Assembly: GCA_008632985.1 (NCBI GenBank)
Contig: QPGO01000331.1
Location: 1 to 53,846, forward strand
Reading direction: 5' to 3'
Source of the DNA: Psammoneis japonica
Lineage: Eukaryota
Length of the DNA: 53,846 bases
Position 1 is the first letter of the stretch, and every line of letters begins with the position of its first letter. Positions 33,250 through 46,600 of this stretch are shown one piece after another. A program made the translations under genes and the position numbers. The notes below the pieces were generated by a model. The model worked only from the letters and a program-made list of their open reading frames with translations, had not been told where the DNA came from and ran no database searches.

Positions 33250-35882
33250 TCATTCGTGCCGGTAAAGCAACTTCAAATTGATATCTTCATTGTTCGACAA
33301 CTTATCCGCGTAGACACCAAGAGCCCCCCATGGCTCCTCGTACCCCGTTGTGATGGAATAATGGGGCTGGCGGTTTGATAGTCTTGGGCGTACTTGCGCA
33401 GGAAGTCTAGTTGATGCAAGTGCTGTCTTGGACACGTCTGGCAGGTTTGTTGTAGCAACCATCATATTGCGATCGACGTCCGTAAATCGGAATGCCCCAT
33501 GATCAGCGGTGTCAGCCTAGTTCCAAAATCCAGGAAAGATGTTCAATAATCAAACATACATGTGGTCAATCGAAAATCACACTTCACTTACTGCTAAAAT
33601 AAGAGCATCCCCGTGGTCTGGTGAAAACTTTTGTTTCAATAAAGTCGATTCGTCAAAGGGCGGCAGCCATCCTGGGTTATACCTGGTAAGCATGTAACTG
33701 TGTCCGAGAACGTCGTTTACAGCCATGCCTAACGCACACGGACCACAGAGGAGTAAATCGAACCCTGATCTCGGCTTCCAGACCTCCATGTCATCTTCCG
33801 TGGCTGAATGGCAGATGTCGCGTTCAATGTCGTATATATCCGCACGATTCAGAACGAATGTCAATACCCGCTCAACAACTCGAACCAAAAATATGTGACC
33901 TGGCATCGAACCCATAAACCCGTTCCACAAGCAAAAATTTTCGTCTGCATAGTCCGCGACTACGTCAAGAGGCGCAAAGAATGACATGTCCGGTGTAATG
34001 AATGTATCAAGGTTTGCATCCAGTTTCACGTCAACGTCGGCGTAGACACCTCCATCTCTTAAGAGCACTAGATATCGGAAAAAGTCAGCCTGCATAAATG
34101 AGAAAAATGTACGTGCATCAGCATGTTCGAGGAGGGAATTTTGAGGGAAGAAGCGGTACAAACGAGCATGCATACCTTGTATGCTCCTGGAACCAAAGCA
34201 TCGAAAGCATCAACAAATCGCTTCGGGTAATGCTTCACAATGTAGTCCCGGGCGCTCTGATCGGTGTAGAACCTGTATTCCCATCCAGAAGTCTTCCACG
34301 TGTTCTGCAACCGCGCAAGATCGGGGTATCGGTCGGACGTGATTTCATCCCACCACGTCTGATGGACAATTCTTGGTATTCTTCCATGTCGTCGGATTCC
34401 ATCATCGATAGCTTTTTGTGCCGGCGGTCTTGAAACTGAAACCTCTACTGTCACTTCTTTCCTTTTACTGTTTATAGGTGAAACGCAAAAGAATTCCTTC
34501 ATGTTTCTTGGACAAGGCAGCTTACACGCCGAAAAAGATCCGTAATAAGGAGCTCGAAGACATCGCGTACAAAGCCAACTAGGAATAACGCCGAGGCGTT
34601 TCATGACTTCCTTCGTTGGGGTCTTGAGTTCTTTAACTGGCTCAGGTGTGTTCTTCGCTTCTTCAATAGTCACTGTCATCTTTGACTGCTGCTGTGGCAG
34701 AGCCTGACCGGCATTTGTGGTAGAGTCAGCAAGACTATTTTCAATCGTCACGTAAATGCTGTCCCCTTTATGTAGTAGAGTCGTAGATCCTTGACTTTCT
34801 AATTTGTTTCTGCTGTCCGTGTCAAGAATTGTGGAAAGCAATTCCGCGGGAGAGGTCGTGTTCTGTAGTCCCTTAATATCGTACATCAAAGACTTCACAT
34901 ATGAATGGCGAGGAGAAACCGCAAACAGACAAAAGTCCAGATTGTCCTTGCCCGTTTTGGTTTGGTTTGAAGCTAGTTGCGAAGTGGACTGCGCGAATAC
35001 CACCGCACCTCGAGCCATACATGGTTTGCTCTCTTCAAGCAAGATGTGGCTGAGTTGTTCATCTTCCGTATCAGAGACATGAGTAAGATCTCGGACATGG
35101 TCTGCGACAAAATAGCCTCCAAACTGATACAGGCTGCAAAGAGCCCAGATATAGATTCTATCTGAGTTTGAGGCGGATCTGTAGGCTTCCTCAAGACTTC
35201 TACAGAAGTGCAAAATCGTCCTCCGCATATCTTCCTTATCAAAGAGAATCACATTACCAGATGCCCCTCGGATTGGCTTGATCCACTCTGTAGGCTGGAG
35301 AATCACGTTCGGGATTCTGGAAGGAAGTTTCAGCACAGGCCCCGAGTTGCGCGTGTTGTTGCGCCAGAGTGAGCACGATTCCTCCCACTCGCTAGCTTGG
35401 TATGTTAGATTATGCAGTGAATTTTCTCTTTGAGCAGCTTTTGTGAGTGTCTGTACTAGTGCCCCGTTTGAGAGACTATGAGTCGGCATCTGAATCCCCA
35501 ACGACTGCAATCGTGACTGTCGTTGTAGCAGCGTTTCGTCATAAACGCGAGAACGAACTTTCGAGTCCACATATAATCCAAACCGTCCACCTCGAAAGGA
35601 ATAAGGGGATCCAAATATTGTCCGATGATAAGACCAGTATAAGCCAAGTACGAGAACGCAGAGGCAACAGAAAGCGCGCTGGCGTTGCTTTCGAGAAGAA
35701 CAGAAGCGAGATAACCGAATAAGCAAAAAATGAGACAGACCACTGAATGACTTCCAATGTTGCTTCGATTCCTTCTCCGTTTGAACCGTCAGGTCGAGCT
35801 TTTGGAACGGAAAAGACACACCGCCTCGAAAACGTGGAGACATATCACAGTTGTTGCTTGCAACCGCGCCTCGTTTTTTCAT
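33250..35882 (-). CDS. GT32 DXD glycosyltransferase (OCH1-like mannosyltransferase), paralog A
   Basis: N-terminal TM anchor; RIPRIVHQTWW and GAYK|ADFFRYLVLLRDGGVYADVD. Introns 34090-34175 and 33517-33591. Degenerate second GT32-like module in the N-terminal half. Confidence 0.9.
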
Positions 35883-36106
35883 CTCATCGTCCTGCTGTGC
35901 TTTTTTTGTTTTCCGTTTGTTGTTCCGTCGGCGCGGTCGCGTCGCTCTCGCTCGGCGGTGTAGGGCCTACTGTACGGTATGTGTTCTGTGGTTAGACTCT
36001 AGTGTGACGTGTGACGGTGGAGCATATTACTTTTATACGGATTTAAAGATCGAAATATTTTAACGGTGCGAACTCTATCGTTTCAAAAAATGCTGTTTAC
36101 AGCGCA

Positions 36107-36292
36107 GTGCCAGCACATGATGCAACATCATGCCTTCAGCAACGCTGTCATTTTTCGCCCATTGTGGTGCCATGCGATGGTCTGATTGGCAAGGAGGCTC
36201 AAGCCGCCCTACGTCAGCTAGCGGGAAAGATTTCTAACAAGTGGCAGAAAAGCCCTGTTTGGAAGTGTGTGGCTTCTTGTCAACGCAAGTGA
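36107..36292 (+). mobile_element. 3' fragment of a CRE-like non-LTR retrotransposon (C-terminal restriction-like endonuclease region)
   Basis: CLQQRCHFSPIVVPCDGLIGKEAQAALRQLAGKISNKWQK resembles the CxxxxxHFTPFVxSxDGLLGxEAxxxLxxLAxxLxxKW tail of such elements. Confidence 0.6.
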
Positions 36293-37499
36293 GATTCAGC
36301 ATGAGGACTCAACAAACACAGCACTGATGCAGGCCACACTCTTGTGATGCACAAGCATCCAGGACACCAGCCAAATGTGCTGCAGTCAAGCAGCCTCAAA
36401 TGGTCATGTGTGGCACATCATGCCAGTGCCACAGCAGCAAAGTCAAGTGAGCAATGACACACCACAGAATTGAGCTCGTCCTGTGTTGCACCCAAGAATG
36501 ATGGAACATTTTTGTGGTGCATGACTTTTTTTTAAGTGCGGCTTGTTTGAAAAATGACTGGTGGCAAATCCAGGGAAAAGCTCTAAAAGTTGCACTCACA
36601 TGCATTTCAGCAAAAGTCAACCTGGGCTCTAAACCTCCTCATTGTGTGTCCAAAGTTTTTCTGCCACAGAGGAGGGGCCAACAAATGGTTTTGCTCAAAT
36701 GTTGCCATGATTTTTTGGGTGCAGCACAGGATGTGCTGCAAAGAACAAGAGAGGGGACAACCCCCCATCAAAAGCATGAGTTCAGGCATGCAGCAGATGG
36801 GCTGGTCTCTGCTGAAAAACCCAACAGGGAGGTTGTTGGCAGTGATGAGAGATTCTCAAAAGCAACAACAACAACCAGCCCGGTGGCAGCATTGCATGTC
36901 ATCGTGGTCAACAAACCCTTTTGTTGGATTTCAGTTGACTCCATCTCACAATGAGCATCACACCAAGTCTTCTTCATCTGAGGCAGCAGCAGAGACTTTT
37001 TTGTGAGTTGAATGCCCGCCTGTCTTCACGCCAGGAGTTTTTGACACTTGGATGAGTTCAAGTGTCAATTTCCCCCATCAGAAGCCCAGACACGGGCCTC
37101 CACACAATCCAGTGCAAAGTCCATCCATGTTCTTAGTGTGTGCCACACCACATGCATGGCAACATGCTCTCTCATGAGCAGATTGCTGCTTTGTGCTGGA
37201 GCTTTCGTGCACCTTGACACACAGACTTGCAGATCCTTGGTTGAGCAGCTGTGCCTCTGTTCTCTTTGAGATCTTCATGAACATGGAACATTTTGATGAC
37301 AGCAGGAGCATGCATCACATGTCAAATCAACAAAAAAAGACCAGATCCATGTTTTGAGTGCTGTCGCTCCTTTGCCACCAGCTGGGCTGGCGCCAGCTGA
37401 CCCACACTTCCAGCACACCATTGATTGTGGCAGAAGCTCATGGGGATCAGCCAGAATGGACATCACCTCACAGTGACGCCCCACTGAAATAACCAGCAA

Positions 37500-40400
37500 C
37501 AGAGCAAGTGTCACAAAGCATGGAGTTCTTCATTTTCTTGAGGCTTTGCATGGTTTTGCCACAGCAACGCAGTTCATTGTCCATGAGGTGGAGTGGGACA
37601 TGTGATCTTCCACTGAGTTCAGCAGCACATCTCTGTCTTTGGCAAGGTGCTCCTGTTTTTTGTTGCACGTTGCCGTGAGTTTGGCTTCCACTTGTTTGCA
37701 CTGAGATGATTTCCTGGTGTCTGCATCACATGACCATGCACCTCTTTGTCATGCTCTTCCCACAACTCCCACCAGGATTTCCAAGTGCAGGCTCCAATTT
37801 GCACTGCCCAAATGGGAGGTGAGTGATTCTCCTTGTGACACTTTTCCAGCAGTCCTGTGCTGCAAAGATGCATTTCTTGAAAAGTGCTCCAAAGAGTGGA
37901 AAAATGATGGTTGAAAACTTGATGCCAACCCATGTCAGACTGGGCTCTCCACAAAGGACGCAACATTGGGGCAATGTTGTCATTGCATGTCATCTCTCAC
38001 CTTGAAACCATGCTTCAATGGAGGACAAAATAAGATCACACAATGGGGACATTGTGTTGATGTTGTTGCAGAGCTCAAGGAGGCCTTGTGGGAATTTGCA
38101 ATGCCAGGTTTCATTGTCAGGGCAGCACAAAATGCAACCCTGATCTTCCCTGGGATGTTCGCAAGAAAGGTGATGATGTGGTCTCACTGGATTGCAATGG
38201 TGAGTGATCTTGTTTGCAGGAACAAGAAGCTCATGGATCAATTTGACAGCAGACACATGTTGCTTTGAGAACTGGTGCACCAATGCAGTGTGCATGGACC
38301 AGTCTGTTTTGTCTGTGATTGATTCATCCCATTTGTTCCTTTCCTGAATGTGCACCCAAGCAGAGCAGGAGCTGCGCCAGTGTGTCAAACCGCAGATTTG
38401 AGCCCTGTGGCAATGGCCCTGTCTTGAACACTCAGGTGGGATTGGCAATGGGGGAGGGGGATCACCTTGATTGTGTCAGATTTGCACTGACCTTGATGTC
38501 ATCATGTCAGTGTGTTGGCATGCATGTTGATCTGAGCACCAAGAGGGAGAACTCGACTGGAGAGTGTCTGTCCTGATGTCCTTTCACCCACTCAAGAGCA
38601 GGAGCCTGGGCTGGAGAAAAAGGATTGAGGATTTTTCAATGGCTTGGAAGGTCTGACAAATCTTGTTGATGATGTCCCAATCAGATGACAAGATGTTGGC
38701 ACCATGCTTGCACAGTTTAAAATCTGTCTGGGGGGTGGAGACTTGAGCTGAAGGATCAACAGAAGGACTGCTGTCAGACAATCAGGAGAGAACTTGAACA
38801 AGAGCCCTGTTGTCACACCAGTTGTCAACACCTTTGTAAGATGACATTTTGCAAAATTCAAGCAGACAAAAAACAGAGCGTGTCAGGGACATGAACCCAC
38901 AGGCCTCTGCTTGGCACAAAGAAGGCATTCTGTCAAACACCAGTCTGGCACAATCCACCAATGTTCTCCCATCAAATGCAATGGTCCACCCAAATGTTGC
39001 TTTCTGTAGATGCACAGACCCATTGCTGCCTGTCACAAGGCAATTTGATGCAAAGCAATCCACCAGTTTGAGCGGGGAAAAACATGGAATTCCATGTCAG
39101 AGGACAGGGCAGACTCCCAGGAAGGCAATGCTTGCAGACAGTCTTTAAAGAACTTGGGGAGAGGAGGAGGTGTTTCCACTGTCAATTTTGACCAATGAGG
39201 AAGACATTGGCACTGTCCATTGCAGGTGGAGATGATCTCCACTGGGCAAGATGAGTCAGAAGGATCAGGAACCATTTCAATTTGATGCCGGGATGTTGCC
39301 ACTGTGTCCTGGGCCAGAAACACATCAAAACTGGATGGAGACCATGCATGCAAATGTGATTCCTTTGGAGACCAACAGGCAGAGGCCTGCATGTGCATCT
39401 TGGAAGGAGGCACTGACCAATCTCCCAGAGGGGCTCATGGTCTGGTGGAGTCTGGATGACACAACAATTCACACAGGCATGTCCAGGGACCCCATGCTGG
39501 ATGACAAGGTTTTGTTCATTCAATGTTGTCAACAGTGCTGACACTGCTCAGGCAAGTTGGATCACTGCAGACCTTAAACTTGTCCAGAAAGCATCCATCT
39601 GCCATGGCAATGTCCAACACAGTGAGAACCCTGAGACACAGACAGCAATGGTTGATCCACTAAATCTCTCGGGACAAGAATTCTGAAGACTCCAGAGCAA
39701 CATGTCCACCAAGAACTGGTCGTCATCTCATTGCAGAGGTGGCACCCCATCTTCGTGTCAAATCAACAAAGACATGGACACCCACAAAACAGCCTTCTTG
39801 TGCCTCCATTGGGCATTTGCTGCTGGCAGGAAACCAAGATTGAGCAAGCTCCTCAGCACAAGTCAACTCACACTGGAGCTTTTGGCTGGCCACATTTTCA
39901 GCCATCACCAGCTGCTTCTGTCAATGTCACAATGGTTCTTTGGTGCTGCTCACAAGCAATCTGGCACAGTTGTGAGCAGGCACTCATCTCTCAACTGGTG
40001 TTTCTATCAAGGAAGGCTGGGGGCAAGCCCTTGCTGGCCAAATGCCTTGCTTGAGATCCTGTTCTCAACAGCTGCTGCAGCTGAAAATGGGCTGTTTTTG
40101 AGGAAGGATTTTTCAGGTGAGCAAAAGGTTCAAGAAGCATTGCTTGCTCATGATTTTGCAAGACAGCAGAGCCAAAAGATGGTTGGCTCAAGGTGCAAAT
40201 TTGGTGGTGCTGCAGAAATTGTGGCTTCCATTTTTTTGCAAGGGCTGGACAAGGTTGAGAGTGTGCCTTGAGACACCATTTTCTGGTGTGTGCACATTTG
40301 AATTTTTGCAGGGCGTGCTCTCACAACAAGTTTCGAGCTGTGTTTGGAGACATTGGGCTTGAGCACAAAATGACCAAAAGCAACACAGAGGTGCTGCTGG

Positions 40401-41700
40401 GCTGTGTTGTTCAACATGAGTGACCTGGAAAGTTCTTGGTTGGTTGGCCAGGAGGAGTGGGCTGTTGGTGTTTCTTGACCAAGAAATGATCATGACCAAG
40501 GCAAATGGATTTCTGCATCAAAAAAAAGGAGGAAAACAGAGAGGCACCACTTTGAAGATTTGTTGGAAGTCACGTGAGATCACACCTCTTGCACTCACTG
40601 GTGTGCATGGGGGCATGCCAAGTGTGCTGTCTCACAACTGTTGCCACAATTCTGTCTTGGTGTCTTGGCCGCACCTTCTGCATGTTTTTCTGTTCAAGCT
40701 CTGGCACAAATGTTGCCTTTCTCTGACAGTGTGACAATGGTTCTCACCTGCCCATTTTGACTGCTTCTCTCATTGACATGCCTTCATTTCATCATCACAA
40801 GCAATCTCATGCATTGGAAAGTGACTGACATTGAGCTCTTTTGGCTTGTTTGCTTGTCATTCTTCTCCACTCTTCTTGGTGTTTTCTTCCTTGTGTGCCA
40901 AGTTATTTTGCAAATTCTGCGTACTTCAAAAGTCATTTCAGATGGTCAACTTGGCAAACTTTTGGCTGCGTTCCATCCACACCTCTCAGGTGTCAATGAC
41001 CCCCCTTCTGCCTGTTGTCAATTTAAGTTCCCTGCTTCACATGGCAGACAAAAATCTTCCATCATTGCTGCACTCAGAAATTTTGAATGTGAAAGAACCA
41101 GTTCAGCATGCACTGACCTTTCTTCCATGTGCCAACAACTTTGCACAAGTTTTGGTGCATGTTCTGTGTGTCTCAAAATTAATTTCAAACAATTGACTTG
41201 CCAAACTGTTGACTGCTCTTTGTCCACACCTCTCAGGTGTCAATGACTCCCCCTCTGCATGCTATCAGTTTAAGTTTTCTGCCGCCCCCCATGTGGCAAA
41301 TGAGAATCCTCAATCATTGCTGCTCCAAAAAGTCTGAATTTGAGGCTGGCTCAGCATGTGTTGGTGGTTGCTTCATGCCCCACTCTTTCTCATTTTGAAA
41401 CATTTCCTGACTGTCTGTTTCACCTTGGCAGCCAAATCTGATCCCAAGAAGAGAGCCTTGATTGCAGCATCAAGTTTTGACATCTCATTCATTTTGCTGG
41501 TCCTCTTTTTGCTGCTGCCAGCTGTTTCCAGTGGGTGCCACAGATTTGCAGTGTCAATCTTGGCCAGCTGCCATGCACCTCTGCCACATTGTGTTGGTGT
41601 GCAAGGGGTTTGGGTTGGCTTGTTGTGTTGCCAGAGTTGCAGGGTGGAAGCACAGCAGCACTGCAAGAGCAGATGGCTTTGGTGTTGAGTTCAATTTTTG
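37500..41700 (-). mobile_element. Degenerate diatom LINE (Ambal-like) with RNase H and zinc-knuckle C-terminus
   Basis: RNase H relic LVTGSNGSV..ATFGWTIA...PSLCQAEACG...WCDNRALV (38782-39063). Also SSDWDIINKI, HLSCEHPREDQGCILCCP, QSDMGWHQVF and WINHCCLCLRVLTVLDIAMADG (39591-39668). Many stops; boundaries approximate. Confidence 0.75.
40977..41358. repeat. ~135-bp imperfect direct repeat
   Basis: CCACACCTCTCAGGTGTCAATGAC...TTTAAGTT...ATCATTGCTGC...TCAGCATG at ~40977-41110 and ~41224-41358. Confidence 0.8.
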
Positions 41701-44369
41701 CACCATGAGAAAAAGAACTTCACAACACACACCTTTGCCCACACCCACACACACCATTTCACAGTGACTGCAATGATGAGACTGTCATGATGCACCACTG
41801 ATGGTCAAAGACTTCTGCAGAACTTTGACCCACAAAACCCAAGCCTTCCACTGAAGATGCTGCAAGCAAATGCACATGTTGGTCATTGAGAACAAGTTGG
41901 TGCTGAACTTTCAAAATGTTTCAACAAAGAGGGTGCCACAGCTGCAGCTGCATGTGCTTGTGACAGCTCATTGGAAGTTGATCATGGGCAAAGCATGTTG
42001 CTCATTCTGTGGCTTGCTGCTGTCTCCAAAGTCAACAACCAAGAGATGATTGTCTCAGGAGGCAGCACCCACCCTGACACACAAAATCTGGCAAAAACAG
42101 TTGGAAGTTGGAAGCTGCCCATGCCAGCATGATGGGCAAGGAGCTTCCAGCCTGCTTTCTTCTAACTTCTTGGTGTTGAAGCAAAGACATGAAAGTGCTT
42201 GCCCCTCTCAAAAGATGCACAAGCCAATGTGATCTCTGGTCATGATGTGCGACTCCTCAATGGCAAAGAACTCTCCCACTCCAGAGCCCAAAAGGACTCA
42301 GTGGTTGTTTTGCTTTGTTGATTTTTCAGGAGATGCTTGAGTCTGCCTTGCTGTGAGCATCAAGATTTGTGAAAGTGGCGACAGTGTTGAATGTTTGCAA
42401 CATGGATAACGGGCTTGTTGAGCTGCCAGTGCACTGGACATGCAGCATCAGTGCTCACTTTGGAGGTGTGGGTGCAGCTGCCAGCCTGGAAGGCAAAATC
42501 GAAGAATGACAAGGGTCTCACAGAACTCAAGGAGCTTCTGAGCTGAACTGATGAAAAGATCAAGAGCCTTGTGTCTTGCAAAATTTTTAGACTTTTTGGC
42601 AGAAACACTGCTGCACAGTCAAATGATTGTTTTGTGCTGCTGCCTGCTTGTTGAGCCATGGAAGAAACTTGCTTTAGCTGCTCAGTTGGTTCTTTTGCTC
42701 ACATGCTCTGGCATGTTTCAACAGAGCAAAGCACTTGAAAAGTGCAAACGTGGCAGAAGCTAAGCTGCACATCAAATGAGCAACTGCAATGTGAGCACCT
42801 TGACACTCCAGCTGCAGAGTGCAAAATGTCAGCCACCCAGTTGTGGAGCATGTGAAAAATGTGTCAGATGGCTGTCAACTGTGGTGGACAATGATGCTGG
42901 GCAGAACAAGAGCTGAATGATCCCTCACCTTTTGTACTCTGTTTTTTGTTGAGCACCACATTTGCTGCACACAAGACAGCAAGGCTCTGAGTTTGCAATC
43001 TGCTCAAGAAGCAACACCATGAATCCAGTGTGTGATGCACAGCTGCCAAAATGACAGAATTGCTGAGTGTCAAAATTGAAGGACCTTGTTGGACACTTCT
43101 GCACTTCATCAGGGGGGTGACTTTAAAAACTGGGGCCACTTTTTTAATGCACTGTGCTGCTGGTTTGCCAGGAAAGTGCTGGTTTGCCAGGAAAGGAAAC
43201 CATGCAACAAAAAAAATCACATCTTTGCCATGACCCATGGGAAACAAGAAGCAAGAAGATTGAAAGTTGTTGCTGGGTTGCTGTGTTGGCTGGCTGAAAG
43301 ACATTGGCAGCACCATTGCACTGAACATGGTGCTGAGAAAAACAGGCACTGAGGGGGGACAATCAATCTGACCTCTTGATGGGACAAAACCAGAAGTGGC
43401 CCCACATCTCCAGGCATTCCAGGCACAAACCTCTTCAAGTGAGACACAGTGGCAACCACCCATTCTGCCAGCTTTCCAAGATGATGTCTGCCCAACTCCC
43501 ACAGAGGAAGAGACAGAATGGAGCAAATGTGAGCAGGACATTTGACAAAAGAAAAAAATGTCATGGAGCCAGCAAACCAGGGAGAAAGGCAACATTAGAA
43601 GCAACAAGCAAGAGCAGGGTTGATGGCAAGACCATGACAGCAGCTGTGTCTGTTCTGGGTGGCGCCATGACTGCAACAATGAATCTGCCACCACTCTCCA
43701 CTCAAGCTGTGCTCTGGAAGTGACTGTGCACATGATGGAGCACCAGCACACAACCATGTGCTGCTGCTCAGTGAGCAGACACTTGCCTGAGACAAAGGTT
43801 GGGTTTGTGACTAAAACAGAGTGAGTGCATTGTCATCTGTTCAGTGTTGGAGCATCCAGAACAAGCAGGAAATGCAAGAGACCCAGAAGCAGATCCATTG
43901 AAGAGAAGATGCTTTGGATCCTGATGTGGTGGATCAGACGACACTTTGGAAATGAATGTGCACTTGTTGCCAATCTCACCAACTTTCTTTTGTCTCACCG
44001 ACTGGAGTGAATCATCCAGTTTGCACAAATTGTGTGTTGTGGTGTCAGCAGGCAGCACCTCTTGCATGATCACAAGATTGAAGTTCATTGAAAGCTTCCA
44101 GGCAAACCACAGCCATCACAGCAACCAGCACAAGTGTGACAGGCAGCACAGGAAACCTTGGAGAGGACTCTCTTTTGATGACATGGACCCTTGTTGGTTC
44201 AACATTCACTCCAAAGAGTCAAGAGCACTGTGTTCAGTGCATGTGGTGCCAACCTCCATTTTGTCATCTGAGTCAGGAAAACTGCACTGTGAGTGGCAGA
44301 GGAGGAGGTGGAGGAAAGGAGGAGGAGGAGGCCAAGGACACAGCCAAGGCAGGGATGGCAGAGGAAAGA

Positions 44370-46600
44370 AGTCTTGCTGCAACAAAAACAAAAAGACTGG
44401 TGACCCCAACAAGAGTTTCAAACTGGAAATGAAGTTTCATCCATCATTGATGAACAGCAACTCATGCAATTTGATGGTCAAAGACATCAAGGAAAAGATC
44501 ATCAACCATGAGCAGAAGGAATGTGATCAAGATGTGCATCTGGCAAGGTCCCTGGAAGACATGGCATGCATGACGTTCACTGGTGACAGTCCAACGCTGG
44601 TGATGGCAATGCCAGCAGTGCGCCAGCAGAGACAGGCAAAGATTGCCTGACCAAGGCAAACAAGAGGGCCAGAGAAGAAAGGCAACTGGAATGTGAGCAC
44701 AAGATCAAGTTACAAGACTGTGGTGAGAAAGCAAAGAAGCTCAAAGACAACAGAAGCACTGCACTTGTGGTGATCCCAAAGGATCACTGTTCCAAGCTGA
44801 TGGAGCAGAGAGTGCAAGCTGACCCCAGTCATCAGAGGATCAGAGATGACCCAATGAAGCTGCTGAAGCTGATCCAGTCACTTGTGTTCAACTCCATGAG
44901 AGGTTGAGACCCCTCTTCCACACACTTGCCAACAAGTTCCCAAAGCACACACTGGAAGTGAAACAGCTGGAGGATGAGTCACTGAATGTCTTCCTGTCAA
45001 GATTTAAGAATCAACGGGGTGCCACAACAAGTGATGGTCTTGACAGCAAAATGTTGGACAGATTTTTTTGTCAAGAATGCCAAGGAGTGCAAGGACTGTG
45101 CTGCCACAGCAGATGAGCAAATGCTGAAGGATGCTGCTTTCAAGACATTGACAACACACCTGTTTGTGGATTGTTGCCACAAGAGCCTCAAAAAGAGCCT
45201 TGTGAGAGACTGCAGCCCAGGCAAGGATTCACATCCAAATGCCCTCAAGAAGGCAATGGATGTGTTGCTGAACTGTCCAAAGGATGCATGATGATCTGCG
45301 CAAGGGGTGAAGCAAGAAGAACAACAATGAATGCCCAAAAAACAAGAAAGAAGACAAGGGCACAATTGCATGCTGCCCAACAGCCTGCAAGACCAGAGTG
45401 ATGCACACAGAGTGGCAAAACAGCATGCCATTGTTGTGGTGAGCCAAACCACAAGTCTCCAGACTGCAGGTGCAAGGATGAGATTCCACAGAAGGGCTGG
45501 TGTGAGAACACCTGTGAGAGATTGGTTGCCAGGGACAGAGTCGTGCACAGAGAGACAATGACAATTCATCAGTGAGCAGTGATGAGGACACCAGCGTTGA
45601 CACCCACAGGTCAAGTTGATCTGCAAGCTCCAACAGAAGAAACATCACATTGCATGGGTTCCAGTTGGATGAACAGGCGCTGAAGAAGGGCCAGACATGA
45701 GTTTGAGCCAAGCTGATGTCAGCATTGAGTCAGATGAGATCATCCTTGACAACAGCTTTGCTCTCTTGGTGTGGCAGCAAGTCAGAAACTGGTGCACAAT
45801 GTGCAACCAGCAAGGATCAAGATTGTCCTTTCTGCCAACACAGGAGTGGATGCTTTGGACAAAGTCCACCCTGTGCCAGGATGGGGTGAGGTGAAGCTCA
45901 GATCACAGAATGCAGCAGCTGACATCCTGAGTCTCAAGGATGTGAAGAGCAAGTGCTGCATTGCACATGACAAGAGAGTGGCAGACAAGCTCCATCTGCT
46001 GGATGAGAAGACTGGCAAACAGGTCACAGTGTTCAAAGTTAATGACATCCAGCTGCACACCTTTGCACCAAGCCAGCAATTCTTTGACAACACAAAAGAG
46101 CTTCAAGAAGGTGAGTCAAATGTGAGCATGCTGTCAAAGGACAAGAAGGTTGCAAAGAAGACAAGCAAAAAGCACAAGAGTGTGTCAGGAGCTCTTGTTC
46201 TGACTGTGAAACAGAGTGTGAAAGGCCACACTAAACAAGAGGCAGCAAATGCTTCTGAGGAAGCATTGAGACTGTGCCATGAGGCTGGAATGCCCAGTGC
46301 GAAAAATTTCAAGCTGTTTTTATGTTCAAACCAGAGGTGAAGAACCTGCCCATTCTCCCTGAAGATGTGGACAGAAAGGCAGCCATGTGGGGTCCACTGA
46401 CAGACACACTGAAAGGCAAGACCAAGCATGCACACCATTCCCATGAGAGGAGTGACATCATTGCCATTCCACCTGAGATCCGCAAGAAGCAGAGAGAAGG
46501 TGTGACCCTCTGCGTTGACTTTGTCGAAGTGTGCAGTGCCAACACACTGCACGCAATTGACGAGAAAATTGACTTGCTTGTCAGTTCAACATCCAGTGTG
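44370..46600 (+). mobile_element. Truncated Ty1/copia (CoDi-type) gag-protease-partial integrase relic
   Basis: Gag: EMKFHP...IKEKIINHEQK, RIRDDPMKLLKLIQ, KQLEDESLNVFLSRFK. Knuckle CHCCGEPNHKSPDC (~45426-45467). Protease IILDNS and VPGWGEV. Pre-integrase/integrase LCHEAGMPS, WGPLTDTLKGKT, VTLCVDF. No LTR identified. Confidence 0.8.

Noticed and set aside
41750..43800. Possible additional TE coding relic (e.g. VVDNDAGQNK)
   Set aside because: Too degenerate to assign; counted only as part of the TA/CG-depleted island.
44370..46600. ADAR/APOBEC-type editing of retroelement intermediates
   Set aside because: Changes occur on both strands, in DNA transposons and in flanking sequence.
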